A DNA stretch of 64,000 nucleotides from assembly GCF_009914755.1 (NCBI RefSeq), contig NC_060926.1; one strand, 5' to 3'. This DNA comes from the human T2T-CHM13v2.0 reference genome, Homo sapiens. Shown in pieces: positions 1-14,049 of this stretch (positions within the stretch are counted from its first letter, which is position 1; each line of letters begins with the position of its first letter). The notes under the pieces are model-generated. The model saw only the letters and a program-made list of their open reading frames with translations, was not told the DNA's origin and made no database searches. The position numbers and the translations under genes are program-made.

Positions 1-452
1 CTGATTCACCATGGTTCTTTAGGGCAGCCTCTAGAGTCAAATATTCTGTTTCTTCCTTGCAAACTGTAAACCACCCTTGCCTGAAAGCTATGTGTAATTT
101 GTCTGATTTTGCAAAAATATACGGCCTGTAGCACTATAGATTGCAATGAAATATAGAAACTTTTACTTTGGTTTAAACATTGAATTTCCTCAAAAACCAA
201 CTTTAGTCTCTCAAAACTTTTCATCACCCAGTAATTATTACGGTTCCCATCTATATATAGTCAGTAACTTCTGACTCTTCCACTCTACTTCCCAGTGGGA
301 GTAAGAGTTCCAGACAACAGAACTGAAACTGTTTCACCTATTTTATAAAACATCAAAGGTTAAGGTGAAACTTATGTCACTTTTTTTCTTCCTCAGTAGC
401 TTTCTGCTTCCTTCTATCCTACCTGATCTGGTCTTCAAGCAGTCATTCATGA

Positions 453-3395
<2,943 letters not shown>

Positions 3396-3523
3396 CTTCT
3401 CAGATGCTATGGTCCACTGCTGTTAAGACTTCACCCAAGTAAAGCAGGAAAAGGAGAGAATAATGGCATGGTACCTTCATATTTGAAGTTACACTGAGAT
3501 ATAGATGAGGATATTGGCTGTTC

Positions 3524-3558
3524 GTGTGTGTGTGTATGTGTGTGTGTGTGTGTGTGTG
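3524..3558. repeat. (TG)n microsatellite, one interruption
   Basis: Seen directly. Confidence 0.95.
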
Positions 3559-3970
3559 CCTGTCTGTCTTTGTGTCAGCATGGGCACATCCAAGTAAATC
3601 CAAGTGACAAAGTGGAGATAGGACAAAGAAAATATATCAATAAAGGATGTATCAATAAATTATGGAAAGGAGAGAACCTATACAATTTAGTCCTACAGAT
3701 AGGTCAAATGAATGTTGAATGAACGAATCAACCAGATAAGACAACACGGAATGTATTGCTAACTCTACTGAATAAGTCTTGTAGGGGGCAAAGCAAGGTC
3801 TGATTCCTTGAGATTTTGAAGTCTGGCTTAAGGCAGATTTTTTAGTGTGGGCGTTTGATTGGGATGGAGTAAAGATCTTGGTATAACAGCCTTGGATTTG
3901 TAGAAACAACAAAGTGGGGATTTTGAGGTGAGAGTTTCAGAGTGTTAGAAAGTAAACAGACCAGTGGCAC

Positions 3971-4286
3971 TTTTTTTTTTTTTTTTTTTGAGACGGAGTC
4001 TTGCTCTGTCACCCAGGCTGGAGTGCAGTGGCGGATCTCAGCTCCCTGCAAGCTCCGCCTCTTGGGTTCACACCATTTTCCTGCCTCAGCCTCCTGAGTA
4101 GCTGGGACTACAGGCACCCACCACCACAGCCAGCTCCCTTTTTTTTTTTTTTTTTTTTTTTGTATTTGTAGTAGAGACAGGGTTTTGCTGTGTTAGCCAG
4201 GATGGTCTCGATCTCCTGACCTTGTGATCCACCTGCCTCGGCCTCCCAAAGTGCTGGGATTACGGCATCAGCCACCATACCCGGCC
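3971..4286 (-). mobile_element. Alu SINE, AluY-like, with expanded middle linker
   Basis: AluY-type diagnostics GCAAGCTCCGCCTC, GGTTCACACCATT and TGTTAGCCAGGATGGTCTCGATCTCC. T19 tail; linker expanded to T23 (4139-4161). Confidence 0.95.
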
Positions 4287-4399
4287 ACCATAGGGACTTT
4301 CTATAGAATAGTGAATAGGCCAGGAAATCCCTGGAATGAATAATAAAGCTAATCACAATTTTTATCTTCCTGGGCAAGAGTCTCCTGGAATAGCAAAGT

Positions 4400-4610
4400 C
4401 ATGTTGAGGCAGACATAGTGATAGCAGATCCTATATTTACAATCCCTGTAAACTTGCAAATCATTTACCCTCTGTATGTCTCATTTTCCCCATCTCTAAA
4501 ATGGGAATACCATTTACCTCGTAGCTTGCCTGTAAAGACTAAATGGGGTATTTGTTAAGTTCTAGGCATAGTACCTGACATAAAACAGGTCTTCAACAAA
4601 TACTTATTTT
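4400..4610 (+). mobile_element. MIR SINE (decayed)
   Basis: MIR core-like CTCATTTTCCCCATCTCTAAAATGGGAATA and 3' end CATAGTACCTGACATA...TCAACAAATA. Confidence 0.75.
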
Positions 4611-5089
4611 CCTTCCCTCTTCCCTAATTTCCGGACTCTCGCTCCAAGGATTCAGCCAGCTTTTAAATCTACCTCACGAGTTTCCTCTTTCCACTTTCCT
4701 GTCTCCAAGGACAGCTGTCAATAATGACACAACCCTCCCAAATGTGTTTTGCTGGGTATTGTGGGAAATAAGTATGTGAGATCTTTTCATTTTAAACTTT
4801 TAGTTTTAATCACTCTGGAGGAATAGAGGTGAAGAAATTGTACAATTTCCAAATAACTCAGGAAATGCATGTCCTAGTTATTCCCAGGTTTATTGACACA
4901 TCCAAGCTAGGCCTCTCTTTATTTTTCTTGGCCAACTTATTTCTTAGAAGTGTCCTATATTATCTTCATATTTGTATTATATTTTTATTCATTTTTTAAA
5001 TTTATATGTTTAAAGTGACTGATAACAGCTTAATATGTCACCTATTGCAAAGTAATGTGCATATCAAATGCACATTGTATATACAGACT

Positions 5090-5530
5090 GACAGTGACCA
5101 GACCATGTATGAAAATAGAACCCTGACCAGCAGCCTCTGCAACAACCAGTTCAAGAAGCCACACCATGATTTTTGCAGTAATTGCATGGCCCAAAATGGT
5201 CAAGACTTGCTCAACAACTGCCAGATTCCCTAATTTTTTCTGTCTCCAACTCAGAACAACTCACAGAATGGCAAACATATTTCCCAAACCAATCATACAA
5301 AATGCCACATTTCTAATTAGCACACCTTCAGCTTTTCTGTGCCAACTACCTCTAATCACAGCACACATACAGTCCTCCTTTTCTTCTTTTTTATTTTTTT
5401 TTGCTATAAAGCTTTACCATTTCCTGACCTGTCTTTCAGTCTCTACCAAATGCAAGTGACTCCATTGTTGTAGCAAGCTCTGAATAAATAGCCTCTGCTT
5501 GTTCTCATTTAGGTATTCTTTATTTCTACA
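5090..5530 (+). mobile_element. Solo LTR, probably ERV1 class (subfamily and 5' boundary uncertain)
   Basis: LTR layout: CCAAT (5289), TATAAA (5405), AATAAA (5483), terminal ...TATTTCTACA. Resembles MER4-group LTR consensus as I recall it. Confidence 0.7.
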
Positions 5531-6289
5531 CAAGAAGCCTTCCACAAAAGCCACAGTCCACATTCACCTTCAGATATCCACTTGCTGAACAGATCACTCC
5601 TATGGGAACACCTGGTTTCCTCTTATTCTTCCAGCACTCAATGGAAAGTACACATGCCTCCTCACCAGCTTGTGCCACAAGCCAGGGATTAACATGTAAT
5701 GATTTTCATTACCCCAATCCACAAAGTTTACGCTGAAGACTCACTGTTAGATCCTCTGAGTTCAAAAATTTATCTCCAAGGAGTAGGCCTCAGACACCAG
5801 AGCACAATTAGGTGGCAAAGAAATTTAGCTGCTCAACAAAGTAGCTGATCCCCTGCTTACTGAAAGTCAGGTCATAAAAATAATGACAGGACAATGAACT
5901 GGATTTCAGGCCCCATTTTAGTTGGCCAGAAGAACACCCGTGTGCCTTCTTAAGTTTGAGTAGATTTTATGAGTCTGTGTGAGAAAGAGAGATTTAATTC
6001 TCAGAGAAATCCTATGACATCAATAGGTGAGAAAACCAAGTTCAATGACATGAGCATACCCACAGCCAAGGAGAAACTATCTGGCTGCTATTAAGGACAA
6101 GTACATATTGCCTGATTCTGTTATACCCTAAAGAAATACATAGTGTATTTCCCAAAGAACAAGTTCACATGAGAAAACCAATGTCAAGCTCATGGAAATG
6201 TGAGTCATATTAACATTCGTTCAACTTAGGAATTTAATTAGCTCTTCCTGAGTGCCAGATACAGCAGGGGATCTGTATGGTATTTTACT

Positions 6290-6445
6290 ACTGTTCTGGC
6301 CCTTATCACATTGCTCTGTAATCATCAGATGTCTTTCAGTCTCTCCTTGGTGTTAGAGACAATTTTTTTTTTTGTATCCTAAAATCTTAACACACTTTGT
6401 AGCACATCACAGACAGACAGACTATAAATGTTTGCTGAATGGATG
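6290..6445 (+). mobile_element. L2 3' end fragment
   Basis: Ends in an L2-type tail ATAAATGTTTGCTGAATGGATG. Confidence 0.5.
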
Positions 6446-6539
6446 TGGAAATTTTGTGAGGAATTCAAGAGATTTGAGACAGAGGGCTATATTGGCACAA
6501 AGTAGCTGTGAAAATCAGGTCAGCTAACCTATCTAGCAC

Positions 6540-7318
6540 TGAGACAGGAGAGTTTCCCCTGATCCCCTCGTGGGACTTGTGACAGGGGTGGCTCATTTAC
6601 TTGGCCGCCATGCTTGAACCCCTTGTTGGAGGGGGAGCACACAGGTAAATGGATGCAGGAGCTGGGGTGAATGCATTTGGGTGTCAGTGAAAACAAATCC
6701 CATACTGGCCCATGGCAGCATCTGGGGGTTGCCCACAATCTCTGGAGCCCCAGAGGGCATGTGTTACAAACAATGCTCTTTTGGCATTTGCCACCCGCAG
6801 ACAGCTAAGTGTTAAACCAGCTCAGTGGAGGGTCAGGGTGACAGCCTTTTACACCCTGCCCTCTTGGTACCCAGGTTCTTGTCTGGCAGCCAGGAAGAAT
6901 CGGGTCACATGGACTTGAAGGATAATGAATGCAAAGATTTTATTGAGCAGTGGAAATGGCTCTTAGTAGGATGGGGAGCTGGAAAGGGGATGGAGTGGAA
7001 AGATAATCTTTCCCTGAAGTTTGGCGAACTCCTCTCCAACCATCGTCTCTGATGTCCAGCTGTCTCTTCTCTTCTCAATATTCAGACACTTCTTCTCTTC
7101 TCTCCTACTCTGCCATGCCACTCTGCTCCTCTGTCAGTGGAGTTTGGGGTTTTTATGGGCAAAGGATACGGGGCACGATGGGCCAAAAGGCAACATTCAA
7201 GTGGGAAAATGGGGGTGTGACATTCTCATTTAGGGCCATGAGTCCAGGCTGGAGGGTAGAACTCTTGTCAGGGATTCCACAATTTTCTACCTAGTATTTC
7301 CCTACCCAGTCCATATCA
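6540..7318 (-). mobile_element. Complete solo ERV1 LTR, LTR27/LTR1/LTR28-like (779 bp)
   Basis: Minus strand starts TGATATGGAC...GGGAAATACTAGGTAGAA and ends ...CTGTCTCA. AATAAA on minus at 6939-6944. 4-bp flanks GCAC/GCCC (TSD with one mismatch). GC-rich relative to its surroundings. Confidence 0.88.
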
Positions 7319-9731
7319 GCCCTGTTATACAACGTGGGACTTGCCCTAGATCAGTGCTTCTCAATCTTTTTTGTTTCATTATTATTCCCCAAGAAGTCAC
7401 TCTGCTAAAAAATTCTACCACACCTATACTACGTATATGTTTATGGAATGTATTACACCTGTGTTTTATAGGACTTTCTTCATCTCCCATTTGATTTCTT
7501 AAATTTTACCAATTATCACAAATTGTACTTTAGCCTTCAGGGAGGTGAGGAGCCACGTGAAGTGAAGTCCATAATTTTGACAGTAAAAATTATAGGATCA
7601 GGAAAAACATGAAGCTTATTCTGATTATACATAATCAGGTTCCTCCTCTTCTAAGAACCTTGCCTTTGGATCAGGGAGCAGGGAGCAGGTAGAAATCTCA
7701 TGGTACTGCTTTATGTTTTGTACTATTTTTCTCCCAAGGGCCCCCATGCTTCTAGACCTCACTCACAAATGATGTACAATAAAGGAGAAGCTGCCACTTA
7801 TGAATCAAGTCCTGGAGTGAGCAAGCCAAAGCCTCTAACTGTGAACTCCTCAACAGGAACTCTAACATCACACATTTAATCTGAACGTTCTGATTTTTGC
7901 CCTAAGTATTTAAGTCTCTTGGCTTAAAATCAAGGAACAAGCATATACTTGACAGTAGACTTAATAATTTGTGCCTGAATTTATTTATATTGCATTACAA
8001 TTGAATAAAGATTAAAATAACGATTTGTCTCCTTCAGTACAACATGCTATGCTGAAGTTATGTAGGCTCATTTTTACATTTTTATGCAATAATATAATTC
8101 TCTGTTATTTGTTCTCCCCCCGCCCCCCTTCCTCCATCCCTCAGAATTCTTCAGTACTTTCTCTCCTTCCCTCAGAATTCTCCAGTATGATTGATGGACA
8201 AATGAAGTCTATAACAAATCCAAGCTATATCATAATGGGTCATGAGGGAACATTACAGTGATACTGCCTTCAAAAATATTGCCATGGTAACTAGCAACAT
8301 TTGGTTTTGAATGCAGTGAGAGAAAATGAGTGTCTCAACAAACAAAAGAAAAAATATCAGTCAAGGATATAGAGTGATTTTGCCTTGTAACTTGATTAAC
8401 AAAGCACTCTGTGAGGAGCCTCACTCAGTGGTAGCATTATCCTTCATTTCCTTGGCTTTGACATGAATAAACAGTAGGACAAGGAAAGCAAACTAGGACT
8501 GGGTAATACGCTAATGAAAACTCCAGTTATAAAATGTAATATTTGGGGCTGGGTTGCCAGAGACTGGGCTTTCAGTGAATAGATTTCGGTAGTCGTTTAC
8601 TAAAGGGTATACTAAACCAGCAATGTTAAAACCCAGGTCTAGTCAATTTCTGTTCAGTTTAGTTCAAGATAGTCACAGGTCCCTGCTGAACATAATTTCA
8701 AAGCCTATGCTATCCTCTCACCAGACTTCCCTAAATATACCAAGTCAAACTAATTCCCAGAAGGTTTTTTTTCTTTTCAGATAATCCCTTCATCTCCCAC
8801 CCAATCAGATGGGCTTTCCATACATTTTGTCCTGTTCAGCTTTTCAGATTTGGTTTTACAAATCATTAGAATACGCTTGTCATTAAAAGATATATGTGCT
8901 GTTGCATATTTGATGATATTGTTTTGAAGTTAGAGCCATCCTGTTTGAAAACAGCAGTTTCCATAGGAACAGGTTTTCCTACTAGATCTTACAAGGAGAA
9001 GTATGTCATAAATAATTGGCAATGCCCTGAGGGAGCTGTTAAACACCCAAAGAAAGCCAAGAAAAGAAAAAGAAAGATGCCAGAGGACAGCCACACAATG
9101 ACATTCCATAAGGGTAAGGAAAATGCTGTCTAAATACCCTTGATATTGATTGAGGTAATAAATTAAACTTTCAGATTCCAAATCAATACCTGAAATGCAG
9201 TGCTGAGTTAATTCTAGCGCAGTTAAAAGAAAAGTGGTCATAAATAAAAGACCAGATCACATTCAGTATTAATAACTCTCCTATCCAGGAGTGAATTAAT
9301 GGCACTCAGTTCCCTATTACATAAATTAATAAGATAAGTAAAAAAAAAAAAAGAGCATATATTATTGTTCAATGAGGCTTTCTTAAATGCAAAGATTTCT
9401 CTTCAGGAAGGGCTACTCACCCATAAAGAACTTGGCAGCCAGGATGCAGGAATCGGCCTGTTGTTACGACAGAGATGGGGGAAGTGGCCACTTAGGCCCT
9501 TTGCTCTGGGCTCTTTTTTGCATAGAATGTTGATTTTTAATCTTATCTCTTCCTTTCATTTTCTCTCCAAGCCTGCTCCTCCCGCTTTAATCTCTAGCTA
9601 TAGCTCTATCTTTGCTGATTTCCCACAGGGAAAGATGTCACTTGGAATTTAAAACTAGCTAGAGGGGAACAAAAAGAAAAACCTATGGCCTGTATCTGGG
9701 ATTCCTGTGAAGTAAAAAAAAATGTATGTTG

Positions 9732-10028
9732 GGCAGGACGCGGTGGCTCACGCCTGTAATCCCAGCAGTTTGGGTCGCCGAGGTGTGTGGATCACCTGAG
9801 CTCAGGAGTTTGAGGCCAGCTTGACCAACATGGTGAAACCCCGTCTCTACTAAAAATACAAAAAATCAGCCGGGCGTGGCGGCAGGCGCCCTAATCCCAG
9901 CTACTATGGAGGCTGAGGCAGGAGAATTGATTGAACCTGGGAGCCGGAGGCGGCGGTTGCAGTGAGCGGAGAGATCACGCCATTGCACTCCAGCCTGGGC
10001 AACGAAAAACAAAAACAAACAAAAAAAA
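9732..10028 (+). mobile_element. Alu SINE (AluS), lacking the last ~18 nt before the tail
   Basis: GGCAGGACGCGGTGGCTCACGCCTGTAATCCCAGC...GCACTCCAGCCTGGGCAAC, then an A-rich tail. TSD ...AAA(T)GTATGTTG on both sides. Confidence 0.96.
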
Positions 10029-11154
10029 GTATGTTGGAGACCTGGAGTAAATATGGAAAAGGTAAAGCTATTCTTTGAGATACTTATTTAGGAGATCCCT
10101 CTATAAGGACTCTGTTTACATGGACCCTCCCCTGCCTTTAGTTGAAAACTGACAAAAGATTTAGACCCTGACTGCAAGATGAGTTCCTCCTCCTCTTTCA
10201 GGCTCTGGTCGGTTCCATAGACCTCTGCAGGGGCAGCTGCTCATCCAGTGAAATACTGGAGCCCCTCTTTCCTTAGTTCCCCTTACCATAGCTGTGGCAG
10301 GCCAGCTAATTTTTCAGATATAAATCTACTACATACACTAGGAGAATTCAACAAGAAAACAATTCAAAAAAAATGGAGACCACGTATCTACAGACAAGTT
10401 TTCAAAGTCCATGATCATAAAAGGAAAACTCCCTAATCCCAAAGTTGTCAGAAGGTACTTGTCTTGTCCTAGCTTTGTTTCTCTGCTATCTTCATGTGGT
10501 GAATGTGGTTTACAAGGAGTTAAGATGCAAAATTCTAGGTTTTAATAAAAGGAGTATGTTTGCTGTACTGCACAGAAAGGATCATTAAGCCCAAAGATTT
10601 TGACAACAATTAGGATAACTTTTTGGCGGTTTAGAGCCAGAGAAAGGGCAAGGAAAAGATCCCTTTGAAAATAAATTGCCTGAATTAAAAAGAGGAGAAA
10701 TGAGGAGGAGGAGGAGGAAAAATATGACAAAAGTTTTTCGAAGTGTTTTGTAGGAAAACAGAACTTTCTTAAGTTTTCCATGATAAAGCCCAGAATATAA
10801 GGTGGATAAGGATTCTCTTTTAAAAGTCCAGAAGCTAGGCAATTGCACACTATGTGGCTAAGAATTCCCTTAATTTACTCAAATAAGTAGTGGGATAATG
10901 CATACTCTGGTCTCAGAAAGAAGAAGAGAAACCAGAGCAAATCGTGACACAGATATTGCTTTTAACCACATAGGATTAAGAATGTCATTATTTCTCAGAG
11001 AGAAAAGATTTGAAAATATATATTATTAAAATTAATTTTAAATAGTAATAGTGCTTAATTTAACTGGATATAATTTTCATACTAGTTTATCTCAGTTTCC
11101 TTGGATGGGCTCCTCAGCTTGCAGACCTCTTGATGGAGAAACCACAGCTTACTC

Positions 11155-11601
11155 TGTGATGGGCAATTTTATATATCAACTTACATGGGCCACAGATGCC
11201 CAGATATTTGGTTAAACATTATTTCTGAGTGTGTCTGTGAGGGTGTTTCCAGGTGATATTTGCATATGAATCCATAAACTGTGTGAAGTAGAGTGCCCTC
11301 CCCAACGTGAATGGGCCTCATCCAATTCAATGAGGGCTTGCATAAAACAAAAAGGTAGAGGAGGGAAGAATTTGCAGTCTCTGCTTAACTGCTTGAGCTA
11401 GAACATCAGTCTTCTCATGCCCTCATACTGGGGCTTACACCACCAGCTTCCTGGGTCTCCAGCTGTCAGAAGACATCTCTTGGGACTTAGCCTCCATATT
11501 TGTGTGAGCCAATTCCTAAATATTATACACATACACACACATAATATACATATATATGTGCATATATACTTAGTGTTTGTGTATATATGCATATATTTAA
11601 A

Positions 11602-11645
<44 letters not shown>

Positions 11646-11660
11646 TCCTCTGGACAACCT
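11155..11660 (+). mobile_element. MLT2 (ERVL) LTR with internal simple repeats
   Basis: TGTGATGGGCAATTTTATATATCAACTT...GCCCAGATATTTGGTTAAACATTATTTCTGAGTGTGTCTGTGAGGGTGTTTCC matches the MLT2C/D 5' end. Confidence 0.88.
11605..11642. repeat. (TG)19 microsatellite
   Basis: Seen directly. Confidence 0.97.
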
Positions 11661-11721
11661 TATCCCTTTTCCATGTTTATATCCACTTTCTAGAAAATGA
11701 TGTCATCTAGTTCAATGGTTT

Positions 11722-12018
11722 GTCATTGTTGTTTTTGAGAGAAGTTCTCACTCTGTCCCTCAGGCTGGAGTGCAGTGGCATGATCATGGCTCACTGCAGC
11801 CTCGACCTCCTGGCTCAAGCGATCCAACCACCTCAGCCTCCTGAGTAGCTGAGACCACTGGTGCGAGCCACCACACTTGGCTGTTTTTTAATATAGTTTT
11901 TGTAGAGACAAGGTCTCCCTGTGTTGCCCAGCTGGTCTTGAGAACTGGCCTCAAGGGATAATCCCACCTTGGCCTCCCAAAATGCTGAGATTATGGGCAT
12001 GAGCCACTGCACTTGGCC
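11722..12018 (-). mobile_element. AluJ inserted in L2
   Basis: AluJ diagnostics GATCATGGCTCACTGCAGCCTCGACCTCC and GCTCAAGCGATCC. TSD AGTTCAATGGTTT (11709-11721) / AGTTCAGTGGTTT (12020-12032). Confidence 0.95.
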
Positions 12019-12390
12019 CAGTTCAGTGGTTTTAAATTAGGTCTATACACTGAAAATTCAAAAATTTGTTTATTCCCTATATCCTCTAGATTATAGACTT
12101 GTATATAACTGCCTATACAATATATTCACTTGTATATCTCATAGACATCTCAAACTTACTATGTCTTAAAATGAACTCAATCTCTCCTACACATCCACTC
12201 TTCCCATCTTTTACATGTCAATAAAAGGCAACCTCATTCACCTTGCTAGGCCGGGAACTAGGTATTATCCCTGACACATTTCTCTCCCAAAATTTATATT
12301 CAGTCCATCAAGAAATCCTGCTAGTTCTTGCCTTCCAAGTTATATTCAGTATTCAATTGCTCTCTATAGCTTTCACCTTTACCTAGTGAG
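12019..12390 (+). mobile_element. L2 fragment (continues from ~11665 and probably resumes ~13800-14030)
   Basis: L2-like ATCTCATAGACATCTCAAACTTACTATGTC, CAGTCCATCAAGAAATCCTG. Confidence 0.75.
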
Positions 12391-12399
12391 CCCTAATGA

Positions 12400-12665
12400 A
12401 TCACACAGTTCCTTGAATCCATACCCCTTTGTAGTATGATTTTGTCTTCTCCCTTCAACAGGTGGAATCTATTTCTCTACTAGTTGACGTAAGGGCACGA
12501 TTTATGGTAAATACAAGCTCTTACACAAGGAACAGTAGATAAAACAGATATCTTAGAGGTACTCCTGGAACTGGGGTTAATCAGAAGGCACCATGGCAAA
12601 TTAGCGTCCAAGATGGAGTTGCCTCCACACTAGTCCTTGAAAGTTGTAAGTTGCTTTGACCAAGA
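12400..12665 (+). mobile_element. MLT1 (MaLR) LTR fragment interrupted by a mini-LTR
   Basis: CAACAGGTGGAATCTATTTCTCTA [insertion] CCTTGAA...GTTGCTTTGACCAA resembles the MLT1F/G 5' region. Confidence 0.55.
12485..12629 (-). mobile_element. 145-bp truncated LTR (LTR47-like, ERVL) with TG..CA ends and 5-bp TSD
   Basis: Minus strand reads TGTGGAGGCAACTCCATCTTGGACGCTAAT...CTGATTAACCCCAGTTCC...GCCCTTACGTCA, flanked by CTAGT at 12480-12484 and 12630-12634. Confidence 0.75.
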
Positions 12666-12674
12666 CCAAGTTCA

Positions 12675-13682
12675 ATGCTTCTCTTATGGAAAAGTACTCA
12701 CATTATTCTTTTTGTTGTGAGCTAAACTAGCTGGTTTATTTATGAAATCACATTTTGACTTGAAAGCATATCTGACAAACTATAGTTATTCAGAGTTGAT
12801 TATTTGGAAGAATATTTTCCTTAAAAATGAACAAATTACCTGTCACTTCAAGTATAAAAACGGACAGGATTTTATTCTGGTCATAAAATTTTGAGTTTAC
12901 AAGGGAAAATTGGAATTTGGGAATACTTGTATTTACTATGGTGAGGTACATAGCTTTCCAATACTTAGGGACTATACTATACTATACTATACTATACTAA
13001 TGAATAATATGCACCAATGTTTTGATAATCTGTATAACTCAGGGAACCTAATATTTTCCAAATGACCAATGCATGATGTCCCAAAATAACATTCAAAGTG
13101 TAAGAGAGACCAGTGGATTTTAGCATAACAGAGTATTAAAAGCACATTGATATGATTGCAGATTTATCATTGCAACTTACCTTTAAGAATCTAACACCTG
13201 TAGAATTTTAGCATAGTATCAAAGAATATCTATAATCATCTTTAAAAGCTAATAAAATACTTCCTCTTGCCTCACACATTTGTGTGAGGCTGACTTTTCT
13301 TAGAATACTTCAACCCATATAACCTATAACAATTGATTGAATTCAGAAGCAGAGATGAAAATCCAACTGACTTCTAAGAAGAAAAGAAATCTGCAATAAT
13401 TGCAAGAGATTTGCATTAAAAAGATTTGCAGCAATTTAAAACAATGCCACTCGCTAAATTTTTTTGTTTTAGAAAATATACGATTTTTTCATATAATGTT
13501 ATTTATGCTAATATTCCATGAGTTTATTATTATTGGATGTTTTTAACTTTTGTCAGTTTAATTTCCAATACATGTAATATATATTGATTAATATAGCTCA
13601 CACAGAATAAAGTTCTCTGATATCCTCAATCATTTTTAAGAGGCTAAAGGAGCCTGGAACCAAAAATTTTGAAAATTGATCA
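12675..13682 (+). mobile_element. hAT DNA transposon remnant (Charlie1-like), 3' part
   Basis: 13274-13300 encodes THLCEADFS, resembling the hAT C-terminal dimerisation motif TYLCE.GFS. The 3' end GGAGCCTGGAACCAAAAATTTTGAAAA resembles the Charlie1 terminus. Confidence 0.8.
12971..12999. repeat. (ACTAT)n pentanucleotide repeat, ~6 copies
   Basis: Seen directly. Confidence 0.9.
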
Positions 13683-14049
13683 TTTAAAAAATTCTGGTCT
13701 AGACTAGTAGGGGATGAAAGATTAATAGCCTCAGCCAACTTCCACACATGTATATCTGACTGTGTGAGACCAAGGAGCCCCCTGCTATCTTGACAACTGT
13801 CTGAAAATGCACAAGTGAGCCATGAACATGCCAAGCACATTTCCACCTCAGGTCCTCTCAACTCGTACTCTGCCGGGAATGTGCTTTCTTCCAAAACAGA
13901 GCTGGCTTGCTACCTCACTTGATTCTGGTGTCTGCTCAGATGTCACTTTATCAAGGATACCTTCTCTGATTACCTTATAAGAAACAGCAAATAGAACCTA
14001 TCATTTTCTATCATGTTATCCTGATTTAATTTTTCTCTTTTAAATTTTA

